From Marsupella aquatica (taxonomy: Eukaryota > Plantae > Marchantiophyta): a stretch of 64,000 nt of DNA. The notes under the pieces were generated by a model. That model was not told where the DNA came from, made no database searches, and saw only the letters and a program-made list of their open reading frames with translations. Made by a program: the position numbers and the translations under genes. Within the stretch, counting starts at the first letter, position 1; each line of letters begins with the position of its first letter. Of the stretch, positions 27,165-40,849 are shown one piece after another. The DNA is taken from NCBI GenBank assembly GCA_973895155.1, contig OZ316892.1, positions 14,314,861 through 14,378,860 on the forward strand. Direction: 5' to 3'.

Positions 27165-30100
27165 TTAGTTGGCATCTCGCTGCTCCACAGGCATCCATTG
27201 CCACACAATCTCGTGAGGGGGATTCTCCCCATGCCCGTCACCATGGGTGTCACCGTTATCACTACTCTTAGAGGGCTGCTCAACCTGCCGTGTACTGGTT
27301 GATCTCCTTGTGAAAATTGCAATTTGAGACGCATAGCCAGGGCCATCATCCTCTCCCGAACCTCCTACACCGTCAAATGTCACATCATACTCGTAAATCC
27401 TTGCTGTTGTTGAAGCCCAGTCCCTAAATTCGGCCCTGGTCCACTCGAACCTATGGTCCTCATTTCTGAACTTCACTGCTTGCTGAGCTACTTTGACGTT
27501 ACAATTTCCATTGGTTGTTGCACAGTCCTTGCCATCGCATAACCTGATTCTCTTTTCCATCGACCCCAATGTGGAATCTGTGTGTACTCGATCTTGTATG
27601 CTATTTTTGTCAATTGTTTGTTGACTGCTCTTCAAAGAGTTGGTGGTTGGATCCCACTCTAATCCTTGCAAGATCGGATTGTATTCAAAGTTGGGAGTTG
27701 AAACTATCAGCACTTTCGGTTGCAGCTTTCCAAGGATTGTGATCCCAAACATACTGAGTGGCCCAGGGTCCATATGCTCCACCACCTGCAGCACAGGACA
27801 ACAAAGTTAGTAATATTCTTAACCATACTTTCATTAGCCTAGGTGGATTTTTCCATTCTCAATTAGGGAACTAGCCAGCACGAGAATAGAAGACCGAGTT
27901 ATTCCAGGCAGAATGATACCTCGGAAAATCTGATCGAATATACAATCCATCTTCGAGTTCAACTAACAAGACATAGTTACGTTTATCAACGCTATATCTA
28001 TAACGGTGCCACTCGATTGAAATATAGAGTCAACTCGCAAAAAATAACATCAAAAGAACTTGGAGAGGACAAGAGAATGCCTCAATGCACACGGCAACAT
28101 CGACGTCCTGAAGCTCGGGATTGAAGTCTGAAAGCGAACCCTCGTACAACTTAATGGTATCCAGCTTTTCTTTGCCAGGTTGATCTTCCATCAGCTTTGC
28201 AGAAAGCACCTGACAATGATTCACAGACATTAGAGAGCGATCTTATTTCGATGAAAACAACCGAACGAGGAAACTTAAGTCACGATCTTTGTGAAAACCC
28301 ATTAATTTACTTTGGTAATACCACAATACATTCCACGTCAAAATCCTATATGTAGAGGTGCTAAAGATGGATCTATGCACGTCTGACGGTGTCCCACTAA
28401 AACTGAGGTCGTAGGGACACGACATTTTCAATCAGCCTGTAGAACGTATTTCATAATTGAGGCGAGTAGTCGGCTTGCAAGCATTCATTAAAAGTTGTTA
28501 GGTTGTCCACATAATCGAACCATCAGAGCCTAGACACAAACCTTGGCAGCTCGGACGAGACTTTTCGGGGAAATATCAAGTCCTACCAACTCCACCAGGC
28601 CTGTTGGCTCTTCCAACAATTGCTCCATCAAGCTTCCAGATCCACAACCCAAATCGATCTGGCACATTTGTACACCACAATGAACTGCCTCAAGATGGAC
28701 AACAGCCCTTCAGTAAACACTAAGACCGAAGCGTGGACGTTCCCAAACATTCCAGAGGACATCTATCAAAGAAGTAGGTATTAATCAGTCAATGCACATA
28801 TTCTTACCAAGGATTTTGCTTGTAAGTTCTGTATGATAGACAGCGCACATCCAAGCCTTTGCTTGGATAAAGATGGTTTGAAAAGGGCCGCTTCCATCCG
28901 CTCTTCTGGAGGTTCGACAAATTTCAACATCTGTACAGTATACTTCAACTTCCCAGTTCCTGCAACGAAAAAATAAATACCTTTCAGATACCAAAAGCAT
29001 TTCTGCTAATGCAAACAAACGCTAGACAAGATCAGCAATCCTTTGGGTAACCGGACAAGTATTGTGAAAAACACATTACACACGAAAACTAAGCTTAAAA
29101 CCTCACCAGGATCAGGTAGTACATCTTCTCCTCCAGCGTCATCAGCGGCTGCAATAAGCAGTGGAGAAGCTGGCAAAGAAGAGAAAAAGCAGGCTATCCG
29201 TCCAACAGGCATTTCAGTTGCCATCGAATCCAACCGTCCTACTACTGCACCACTTCCAAGCTCAAACGAAAATTCCTTCTGCTTCTCCAAGAAAATACTA
29301 GATGTCACATCTAAATCGCTGTCTCTAAACCACCTCACAGTGTAGCGAATCGTGACCATTGCCCCTGGAGGTGGTGTTTGCTCAATCTGAGAGCTTTCTA
29401 CCCCAGATTCAACTCCAAAAAAATCCTTGTCGGAGGGTTCCAAACAGCGTCCGAGCCCATCTGTCCTCACTTCATCGCTCTCCGCCTTCATCACATCGTC
29501 ATCCGCATCACTCGAGACCATACAATCTGGTATGATAGGCTCATATGAGCCCCTCATGATACTTTCGAACCAAGGGCGACAGCTGTGCAACGCCTTCAAA
29601 GCGGAACTTTGTATGGCATCATGACGGTTCCTGAATGGGCCACCTGATTCAAATTCTACCGCACAGCCCCTTTGAAATTCTACTCTAATGGTGCAAAAAA
29701 ACGGTCCACTGTGTCCTGTTGTGATGTGACCATCGTCGTCATTTTTCTCTATCTCCGCAGCTTTATGGCCGTGGGCTTCATCAAGCTCCGTCTCCTCAGC
29801 CAGTTCAGGTATTTTTCCATCAAGATCAATCTGACCTCGAGTTTCACTGCCCGGATATGAGAGAACAACGACAGGCTCAGGAAGACGGTGCTGCTGACAG
29901 AATTCGATCAACAGGCCTCGAGGACTCATTCCTCTCCACTGTAATCGACTTGAGAACGAAAGAGGCAGATTTGATGCCATGATAGCTCCTCGGTTAATTT
30001 TGTAATTCCCTTGTGGAAATCTCCCAAGTAATGACCTGTCAACGACGTGTCCCGTTTAGATATTCTTCTACATCATTCCTAGGGACTCATTGGCGAATGA

Positions 30101-32774
30101 CAGGGTCGTGCGAACAAAATGACGATGCTGGAGACACTATCTAGTCAACAACGTTTAAAGACTTTGAAGGGAGGCCCAAACCAAACAAAAAATGATGTTG
30201 ATTTTTGACCGAAGACATCACTTACCGATAATAGAAGCTCAAAGAAACATCCAAGGTGTACACTTTCATAGATCTCCAATCAGAACCAACAGCACCCAGG
30301 AGGACATCTCCATAGATAGGATAACCCATTAGCAAACTTGCTCTCACATTTTTGCTGGGATTAGTGGATTGACTGCCTTGCTGCTTCACTGAGTATCTCC
30401 GCAAATCCTCATGATCGGAGGCAATACTTTGAGGATACTCACCCGTCAAATACACCAAATCAGATTGTGGACTCTGCACGTTAAGCAGGCTTTTCGGGAT
30501 AGCCCAGTACAGTCTCATTGCTGGGTGGGTCTTGCCGATGGGCCTGCAGAGGTGCAATATACCAAGGTATCAAAGACATAATCAAACATTGTACTAACCA
30601 TACCATCTACTAACCAGACAAAGGGCTGATTCATCCGGAAAACTTTCAAGACGGCTTACTGATGTCAAGCACGAAAATGATCCATGTGAGTAGCAAGAAA
30701 TGCCTTCCCACTCCGTAAAATGAGGAATAGTGTACAAAACCATAGGACGAATGTCTGTTTAGAACCTGATAACAAATTGCAGCCTGTGCGGTGAGGGACA
30801 ATCATCCTGCATCGTCCTTACTGGCGAACACAGCTTATGTCTAACTATGTCTCCACCAAACACTACACAGGAAAAAATGTGTAAGTACCTGGACATGGCA
30901 AGCCTGCTACCCTCTTGGAGACCTATCCTCTCAGCCAACACGTCCATGTAGTACTCCTCCGGCTCCACCACTATCTGAGACGAGCACACTGCTCTGTCTA
31001 CAGATGATGGGATGAGAACGGCACGAAAGCAGAGATCAGGGACTTGAACCTGTGTCATTGACTCCGAAACCTCTGTGCTTACTTCATGGTTTCCCCGCAA
31101 CAAATCCTGCTCAACTTCAGGTTTGAAGGGCTCAATCCGACTGATACATAGGGTCTCACTGTCGAACTTGACTGACGAGCATTTGCTGGCGGCTTTGCAC
31201 AGAATAGCAACGGCATACACCGGATCCGTTTCTGACTTCCGGTCGATCACTTTGCAGAGTGTATAGATCTTTGCATCTAAGGCTACAATAGCCGCTATCG
31301 GCACTTGCCCATATCGGGGTCCCTTCCGCTTCACGGCCACTTTGAAATGCTCTCGAAGCGGCAAGTAGCTCAGCACATTCTGCATTCCAGATACAACGTC
31401 ACGGTAAGATGAGAATATACCGTAGTAAGATCTGACCAGCATTTCCGAATAAGTATAGTGCTTCCACTTTCTGCCTCATGATTAAGCCTACATCTAACGC
31501 TTCAGGGCAACTAACACTGTACAATTCAAGGTATCAAAACTGACATTGGTTCAACGTATTCACCAACCTTGTCGGAAAATGTCTCCTGAATCCGTCGACG
31601 GAGATTCTCCCATTTCTCTTCCACCGATAGAACGTCTAGTGTTGGGGCTAACGGCACACGCATCTGCTCCAGCCATCATGCCATGCATCACAACCTGATC
31701 AAAGACGACAATTTCTTTCTTACTAATGGAGAACTCGCCAATGATACCGACTGTGTCTAGCAGTTCTATAACAGGTTGCGTCAGACTCCACAATGCGCCT
31801 ATGTGAGGAACTGCCAGCTGCCACGTCCCTTGACGGACGCCCCCAAGTGAGGTATTTAGGCATGAAAGATGTGACTTCGATTGCGAGTAAAAAGCGAGAG
31901 TACAGCTGATGACCCAAATTGGTAGTCTAAACTAATTCACTCGGCAAACATCTCGACAACTTGTGCGTATCAACTGAAACTTTGCTTTAGACCCTCCATT
32001 AGATTCGTCAATGCGCGACACTTGGTAGCAAAGTCGTTGCACTCGCATTTAGCCCTAGCACACAAGACACCGCAGAAATTGAATGCATGTTGCAACACCT
32101 TTGGGAGACGGTGAGCGGAGGATGAAATAAGGGCTATGTATGGACAGAACATATTTAAAATTGCGTCACCGTTCCACTAAAACAGGCCGACGCGATGTTG
32201 TCAGGGATGGGGCGAACACTTAAGAGTAGACGGAAGGTCAGACAATCCGCTCAAAGAACTTGAGCTAAATCCGACGAGTCACATGACAGTAATAACAGAT
32301 ATCAAGGCTATACAGCAGGACAGAGACAATACGGGTGCGTGAATTTCCTTGGATCGTACAACGATTATTGCTATTCGAAGTCTCTACGCAAGGCCACCGA
32401 CATCCAGAATTTCGGGTAACCAGGGAAAAGCAATGCTCAATAGTCTCGTCCGTGCCAACGAGATTGGTATGGCGGAAATCAAGTGTGATACACGACATTC
32501 GAAAAATGCTGACCTGGTCTAATGCCCGTTGAGAAGCGTTGTGCTCAGCATCTTTCTTGCGAGGAAACAAGTCCGAAACCACTTTCGAACCATCTGGCAA
32601 GCTCAGTGTGCACCGGAAAGTTACCGCGTGATTCGTTTTAAAAAACGATGTAGTTCCGGGAACTGCATCTTCACTGGGAGGGTTTGGAACACTCTCCGTG
32701 ACGAAGGTAAGCCCGTTGCCACACGGGTATATCTGGAATAACCTTGCTTTAGGTGTAGCTTTTGGCATCGCCAT
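27165..32774 (-). CDS. HEN1: small RNA 2'-O-methyltransferase HEN1; exons 32774-32514, 31663-31568, 31379-30889, 30543-30226, 30035-29107, 28959-28808, 28658-28542, 28209-28081, 27785-27165
   Basis: dsRBD1 (TPKA..Q, KKDAEHNAS), La-type region, dsRBD2 (WRGMSPRGLL..FC.QHRL.EP), FKBP-like domain and MTase domain (IDLGCGSGSL, LYEGSL, CIE/VVEHM, IVSTPNFEYN, FRNEDHRFEWTRAEF..WA, GYASQIAIF). Splice phases are consistent. Confidence 0.95.
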
Positions 32775-33780
32775 TGCGAACCTGCAGCAGAACTGCCTTC
32801 CTAGTTGAATTCTTCGGCAAATTCAATGACAATCACTGAAGTGGTAGGACGAAGAGTTGAAAAAGCTTTCGCCCTGTTGTTCCGCTTGCTGTTTGCTGTT
32901 CGCTTCTCGTACCCCTGCTGTTGACAACTGAGCATCTCCCTCCGAAAAACCATCCTGTAAACTCATAATTTGTACGTCCTTCAACACTGCAGGTAATTTC
33001 CTGCAAGAAGCCTCCACAAATGTCTCCAAAAGATCCTGAGCTCTGTGCACGCCACTCAAATATACTTCCTCCGACCCGACATCTCCTGAACTCTTAAGGT
33101 GCTAAACCATCACCAACAAATGTCCGCCGCGACCTCGAGTGATACCTCAAAGACAGCACAGGACAGAGCATGTCCGTCGAAACAGTTTTTTCTCCCCAAT
33201 ACGTAGCGAGATTTCAAACCAGAGATTTCCTTCGAGTGACAAGCGGTAATGACAGCGATTCCCACCGCTTGCACCTCACTCAATCTCCAAAACACTTCCG
33301 CGGAATGCATGCGTCCCGCTCCGCCACCACGCGACTTTCCCTCTCCTCCCTCAAAAAAAATCCGAACAGGTACCCCTCATTCAATCCATTCATCAGTACC
33401 ATCGCCACGGGTAAAATCCAATTGCTCAGCTTCCCGGGCTGTTTCTTGACCGACAGCCTGATGATAAAAAATAATGCGCGCCATCAATCCGTGCGCGGCT
33501 CCGTGCCCACAGGCCAGAACTTCTTTCCGCGGCCCATCAATCCATCGTCCATCAATGGCAGACGCAATTACTCCACCCCTCTCCGTCCTCTCTCTCCCAG
33601 TCTCCCTCGTTCTTTGTCCGACCCCACACCGTCCTCTCTTCCTGCCTACCTTCCTGTTGTCTTCTTTCCTTCCTTCTCCTTCTGCACTCATCACGGCGTC
33701 TCCCGCATATCTCCGATTCGCGCCTCCCTGACTTGCCATTGCTGCTCTGGATCTGGAGCCGCAACGACACTACTCAAACT

Positions 33781-33908
33781 TCACGAATCACGAATCACGA
33801 ATCACGAATCACCTGACTCACGACCGTCTGAGCGTCGCCCAACAGACGAACGGACGGACGGTCCGTGTCCCAAGGAAGGACGGACGGACGGAAGGTCGGA
33901 CGGACGGC
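33781..33908. repeat. (TCACGAA)4 and (GGAC)n short repeats upstream of HEN1
   Basis: Read directly. Confidence 0.8.
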
Positions 33909-36900
33909 CATTATGATTTTGACGCAGCCGGGCGGCCAGGCGTCGGACTCTGGCCATGTTTGTTTGTCCGTGGGGAAAGGTGCTGCACACTGCCCCTCGC
34001 CGCAAGGCGCAAGTGGTACTACTACTACTTACTGTCAAAGTTGCTGCCTCCCATCCCTTTTACCAATCGACTGTCCCTCTTCTCCCGAGGTTTCAGTTCC
34101 TTCGTTTTTAGTGGCGAAAATAGCTAGATTCCACCGCTATGGAAAAGTTTTCCACACTTTTAGCAGCACATTTTGCATTTCCCAATTTCCCACCTAGCCA
34201 TAGACCCCCCTACCGTAGCTAGACTTCCACTCCGTTTGTAGGCTTCCATAGCCACAGACCCCACTAGCCAAAATCTAGTGGCCTACCTTTAAAATCTAGT
34301 GGCCTACCTTTAAAATCTAGATAAATCTGACAGACAATAATTTAGATAGGGGAATTTGACAAGGGGTAGTTTGGAGCATCTTCTCCTTCACGCAACTGAC
34401 ATTAAAATGCCCAAACATAAAATAAAAAAATCCCTGTAACTTTGGTTCACTTTCCATGGGACATGCCAGTGTAATACTGGGCCACTCTGGTCACACTCAA
34501 CAAATCTTCTTGACCCTCACTCGTAGTTTTTTTTCTCGAGATCACAGTGGATGTCCACTTTTTGCTTTAGTGAGACTCTAGACCAAAATTCTATTGGAAT
34601 GAAGTCCCATAAATGCAAATTCTTTGAACGAAGGAGACAAAGTTTTTAGATGTTTGGACCACCATCAAAATTCTAGACATAATAAACACTTCACATCAGC
34701 ATTTAATTGGGCCCACTATTTAATTGGGCCCACTACTTGTCATGCAAGATAGGTTAATACTAGACCTGAATGGGGCCCAGTACTTTAAAAGTGAACTGCA
34801 GCCTCCACTAATTATATGGTCGATTCATTCTCCAAGGGAATATAAAGTAACAAACAATGGCCCCAGTGTCGTCGAACTGCGAAGGCCACCTAAGCTGTCC
34901 TTCAGTCCTTGGCCCTCCTCCCCACTCTCGTGTATTTTCTATCCCTCTGAATCTGCGCCATCTTCTATCATTTCCAATTACCCTATCCTGGCGTATAGGC
35001 ATAGGTTTGATCGAGATGTTAGTCTCAGCACTCCTTTACTTCATTTAGTCAACCAGGTTTGTGAACAAAATAAATTAGATTTTTAAGCTAGACTGAGCAA
35101 ACACTCGTACCCCTCTCCCAGGCCATTGTCTATACATAGGTCTTTATCTATTTGTGACAAAACTACCTAACCACAATTGCTTAACCACCACGACCTAACC
35201 ACAATTGCTTAACCACCACGACCTAACCACAACCTACCCCAGATACACAACAGATTCAGAAGTCCCATATTCAGTGGGTTTCACTTCATTGGGTCAATAA
35301 TCCATTGTTCAAGCAATCTATTATAGGCTTGTTTGCTTCAGGTCTCCAATTTTAGAAGATGTTACAGCTACAGTTGTAGCCATCCAGGTAGCCATACTAA
35401 ACGTAGTGTGATTTGATGACTTCTTTTCCGGTTCTATGCCACTATACAAAACTAATTGATTCTAGTGATATGCAAAACTGGTCATTCCACACGAGTTGTC
35501 ATTGTCAAAGTATTATTATTGCGGAGGGGTGTTTCATGATTATGGAGAATGTGTGGTTATGTAAATCTAGAAGGGAGAGGTAAGTAGGTCCCAAAGCTAG
35601 GTAATTTAATGGTACACATCTACAGTAGTGTGCAAGTGGGACATGTATGTACTCTAAAGAAAAACACCTTTGTTGAGGTGTACTAGACTAGTATCCCACT
35701 GTTAGAGATCTACCATGGGTAGCTCGGGCTTCAGCACATTGCAACATCACCAAAATCTGCTGAGTAATGTGTGTTGTCAAAGCAGATAATGGTTATCCCA
35801 AGCATGATAGTCTACACTATACTGTCCTCTAGACTATACTGGTCGTGCGACTGTCTGAGCTGACTGCCAAAAGTTTGATGTATCTCAGAATCGGATTTTG
35901 AATACCCTGACGTTGTCTCAAATAAATCCCCATTTTTCTTTGAAACTAGTTATAAAATGTTTTTTTGTTCATAAGTTTGGGTTATAAAAAATGAGTGACC
36001 CACCCCCCAATTTTTTTGGTATATTTTGGGTTGTGGTAGAAAGGACCAGGAGATTTTCTTTGCGTGATTGAGGGTAAACTTCATTGGCTGTTTACACTGC
36101 GAGAAAGTATGGGCTGGAGAGCTATCGGTAGGAAGGGTATGGGTAGGAGGGCCATGGGACTGGATGGGTATGGGACTGGAGGGCCATGGCATTACCTGTG
36201 GGACTGTGATAGGGTTAGGACGGGCATGAGGAGCCTGGGCAGAGAGAGGTGTTGTATGAGGGCAACTGTCCCGGATGGTGACAAGGCCCTCTCGACTATT
36301 ACAAGAGGGGCTGACATTCCAGTACTGATTCACTTTCATTCATTTTGGTACATCAATGGTGATTGTAAAAACTGAAGAAATGTGCTGGCCTTTTTTTTGT
36401 AAGCAAATAAAGCTGTCTTGCTTTTTTGTATCATCTTACAAATCAAACCGAATGATGTTTAGATTATTAGTGACTTATGAGCTCATATGCTTGTGTCATG
36501 ATTACCAGCCAAAAACGCAAAAATAGACATCTTACCTACTAGTAGTTAAATTATAAATAGTCACTTGGGTTTTCAGGAATATAACTACCAGCACTTGTGA
36601 AATAGCCCTTACATTCTCAATTGTCACTTGGAATTTCAGGAAATTACTCTCCAGCTGTTGTACCATAGCTGTTGTACCATTTAAATAGTTAATGTGGATT
36701 TTTGATTTTCAGGGAAAGTACTTCCAACACTTGCAAGGCATATATGCATTGGTGAAAAATGAACCGCACGAATGCATAGGGGGGGTCCCCAAACAAACAG
36801 CAGGGCAGTCCTTGCCTAACCTAGAGTATTATTTGGCTTAGTCATCCAAGGAATCAGTCCAATCCTGTTTGGCTGCCTAATAATAGGTATGTCTGTTTTT

Positions 36901-36999
36901 GAATTTCTTTCATGTTCTCCGGCTCTCTTCCCACACCAAACCACTCCTTCACATGATTATGCACAAAATTTTCTGCCCTGGATGTTGAGCATAGACGAT

Positions 37000-37290
37000 A
37001 TTCGCAACGACAAGTCCATGAACCATCCAACGCACAAGAGTCGACACAGAGAGATACGTGGTTCACCTCCACATGAGGCTACGTCCATGGGAACACACAA
37101 GAGCTTTATTGCACTCTAGGCCGACCGGCCATACCAAGCATCCACAGCACAAGCTCTCCCTATCTCTCAACTAGCTCCGTAACAATGAGCCTAAGTTCCA
37201 CCAAGGTCTGGCATCAGCCCTAGCTATATGCACAACAGCACTACCGCTAACATTAGCTAAGTCTTAACCCGAGTTAGACTAACTATAGTT
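37000..37290 (-). mobile_element. Copia-like LTR relic (copy 2)
   Basis: GTCGACACAGAGAGATACGTGGTTCACCTCC..GAGGCTACGTCCATGGGAACACACAAGAGCTTTATTGC is shared with the copies at 12.1, 38.3 and 63.2 kb. Confidence 0.6.
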
Positions 37291-38149
37291 AGCTCATGAG
37301 TCAACAAGACTAAGAGCAATATCTAACACTGGACTTGACTGTCAGTGGACAAGATAAAAAAAACAAGCCAGTATTGAGAGCACAGTGAGTTTGCTAACAA
37401 TGCAAGCAAAAACTTTACCAAACTCATGATTTTCTAGGAGAAAAAGCAGTGAAATGCACTGCCCAGATCACCTGTAAACAAGGCAACCAAAGGGAATGGA
37501 CTCCTGAGTCAAATCTAAAGCGGCTTTGAGAGGAGCGAATTGGATTATTATTACAGGTCCAATTAGAGACTCTTGCAAATTTATAAATTCCGAGAAAATT
37601 CCATGTCATCCATTAAGTTTTATCCATTGGATTTTACTTATGAATGGTGGAGATTGCGCAACGTGTCATATCACTCGTGTGACCATTGAAGACACTCGTG
37701 TGGCAACCGTGAAGAAAAATGTTGGGTTCATTTTCCGGAATGATAAGCATTCTTTGATGCCAAATTAAAAACAAAAACTTGGATAGTACTTGGGGCAATA
37801 AAATAAGATAACAAGCTAGTCTTAACCATTGATGTTTGTTGATCAATGATGAGAGTTGTGCAATGTGGGTTGCTACACAATAAAGTCACTTATGTAAGAA
37901 TTGCCATGTGTGCAAGAATGGAAGCATATGCATGAATAGTAATGTGTGTGAGAAGTATAACACTCTAACGCATGTCAAATCTATGCTAGTTGTCACTCAA
38001 AAACTGGGAAAGAGTAATTATTAAATATGGGCCAACTAAGTTGAAGCCAAAATCAACATGTATCTCTAAAAAAAATTCATTTTTGTTCTACTCAATCAAA
38101 TGGGGGTGAACATTCTCTATGGGATATGTTAATGATTGTTTTTAGTCTT

Positions 38150-38425
38150 GTGACTCATAGGTTATGGCACTTAGGCTAACCATAGTTAGGGTCTTAGCTA
38201 AGATTAGGTTAGTCGTGTGTGACCTTGTATATACCAGGGCTAGTGTAAATGGCTGGTGCATGTGTGGGGCTTACTCATTTGTAACTGAGCAACTTGAGGA
38301 TGAGGGAGAGCATGTGTCTTTGTCTACTCTTGAAGTAAAGCTTGAGTGTTCGTGTGGACGTAGCCTTAGAGAAGAGGTGAACCACGTAGAGATTGTGTCG
38401 ACTACGTGTGCATGGAATGAGTAAT
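38150..38425 (+). mobile_element. Copia-like LTR relic (copy 3, inverted relative to copy 2)
   Basis: GTGGACGTAGCC..GAGGTGAACCACGTAGAGATTGTGTCGACTACG. Confidence 0.55.
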
Positions 38426-38583
38426 GATTGGATCGTCATGAATGAAGACGTCATAGTTCAACAGGATAGAGGAAAGCTAGGGTTAAAGTTGGAGCTTAAA
38501 CTTAGCTCCAAATTGTGAGTTAAAAATATATTGATATTCCAACTTTGTCTTAATTCAATCTTAGTTACTGTAAGCCTACTTAC

Positions 38584-38862
38584 GGATGTGTGCACCTTAA
38601 TGTCTTAACTTATAACCTTATCAAAGGAAAGTTACAATTGGGGTCAAACAGTACACCGACCTTTGCGTATGTGTGCACCAGAATACCTTAACTTGTAATC
38701 TTATCAATTTTAAAGTTACAATTGGGGTCAAACAGTACACCGACCCTTGGGGATGTGTGCACTAGAATACATTACTTGTAACCTTATTAATTTTAAAGTT
38801 ACAATTGGGGTCAAAAAGTACACCAACCTTGCGCATATGGGCACCAAAATACCTTAACTTGT
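38584..38862. repeat. ~84-bp tandem repeat x~3.3
   Basis: GTTACAATTGGGGTCAAA at 38631, 38715 and 38798. Confidence 0.9.
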
Positions 38863-40190
38863 GATCTTCTTATTTTTTCATGAAAGACATGTTATGTGGG
38901 TAGTATCAAATGTTGATCTTGCTTTTGCTATTTCTATTGGAAAAGGAAAGAACTCTCAATCTAAAGTTTTCTTATGCCTTTCTTTGTAGCAAAGTTCCTT
39001 AGATAGAGTATCAATATTTATATTTTTTCAGTTCTCAAGATTTGAAAAAGTATTTACAAGTAAATCATGAAACTCCAATTTTCAGGTCAAACAGTTCACT
39101 AAGTTTAGATCTGAATATCAGAATGTTGCAAATTAGAACTTTTCACTTTCTTTTATCTAGAAATAATTATCACAAATCAATAGACTAAGGTAAAATCTTG
39201 GAACTGAACAAATGTTTGTTATAGGTTTATCACAAAATATGTTAGCAATCACACTTCTTGACCATAAGGAGAGAAGAGAAAGAAGGCAAACCTGTATTGC
39301 AAGTGTTGTAAAAAAGTTGAGCTTGAATAGATTGTCAAATAATTTGTAAACTCTCCCAAGTTTGTCTAGCAACCAAGAGTAAAATGTTCATCTCAAGAAA
39401 GGGTGAAGAGGGGGGCTCAACCATTGAATTGAAAGGAATTGGGCCACCTCACAACTAATAAATTTCATACAAACTGTAATTATTAAACAAAACATGCAGT
39501 TCTACAAACCTACCTGGGTTACATGATGAGAGCCATACAAAAAATACTCTGCCACTTGATGTCTGCCTCCAAACTTGAATATCTCCTGTAAACCATACTC
39601 CCACCTGTCTGAAGTATGCTATAAACCCCACTATGATCTCCCTAGGCACACCAAAAAAGTCATGAGTTCAACCTCCAATCAACTTGCACAAGCATAAACA
39701 AATTAGTCCCTAAACATTGAACACAACAACTAAATCTCCTATCCAACCTATTGTTGTTCACTGTATTAGAGTTATAACCTCTACATAATGGAGAAAGCTA
39801 CATTTAATAATAAGACAAAATAACATCATAAAGTTCAATTGATTACATAATCCACATCATGCAAGAAAATAAGTGCTCATACTCCCATGAAAGTTGGTCT
39901 ATATGACCTCTCTCTCCAACACCTATGATGATTCTACACTTATGGGTTTTGTCTTTGTTTCCACTTGCCATGATCATTAGGTCAATGATGAGAATTTTGT
40001 TTTATTAGCATATATTAACAAATTGAATCTTCAAACTAGTTGCCCAAGATAATATCATAGATATTTACAACTAGTGGTTCAATCCTAGTCATCATTTTTC
40101 TCTTCACATCCTCTTATTATTGTAGATGAGCTTTCGATGTCAATCCTACAAAATGAAATTTTGCACATGAATTTAAAACGACAAATTTAT

Positions 40191-40316
40191 AACACTCCTT
40201 CAATGCACTTTGGCAATCTAATCTAGCCTACATAGAACACTCCTTTGAATACACTTTGACAATGTGATCTAGCCCATACACAACACTCTATTGAATGCAC
40301 TTTGGCAATCTGATCC
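40191..40316. repeat. ~46-bp tandem repeat x3
   Basis: AACACTC...GAATGCACTTTGGCAATCT at 40191, 40236 and 40282. Confidence 0.8.
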
Positions 40317-40849
40317 ACCCAAAAGAATTGAGCTGGACCCATATACTAGTTATTGAACTGTTGGAGAAGAGTGCCCAATCTGGGTGGTACCTCATTTTGA
40401 AAACCTACAGTCCTGATATGACTGTCTAAGGCAGCATGTCAAAACAATGGTGTGACACCAAACATAAAACAGCCAACCAGCTAACAATCAATAAAGCAAA
40501 ACAGCAAAAGAGGCTTGATCAATCTTCAGAATGTGACCTGGTGTTTGGTTGTCATCCATTGAACAGAGGCAGTTACGCATACGTCCAACACGACAATCAG
40601 AACAAGAAATAACTTTGTAGTTCACTGTTAGTTAAGCCAGATCAGAAGCAGATATTTGTAAAGATTGAAGATTAGCATTGGTGTCCCATTAGATAGAACC
40701 AAAGAAAACCACTTTAGTTACAACTTTTTGTCTTTGCAAAAGATGGGAGCATAAGTAACAAGATGATCATTACGGGGCTTACGTTGCACTGTAGTATGTC
40801 CAATTTGATGATTTGGTTGGATCACTTATTTCCTAGGACGACCAGGCGC

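Noticed and set aside
31560-31917. ORF-track translations in this interval as HEN1 sequence
   Set aside because: The true exon (31663-31568, MRVPLAPTLDVLSVEEKWENLRRRIQETFSDK) is not the translation given for either listed ORF.
33170-33916. 248-aa plus-strand ORF
   Set aside because: Low-complexity S/P/R text arising from CT-rich and microsatellite DNA upstream of HEN1; no domain recognised.
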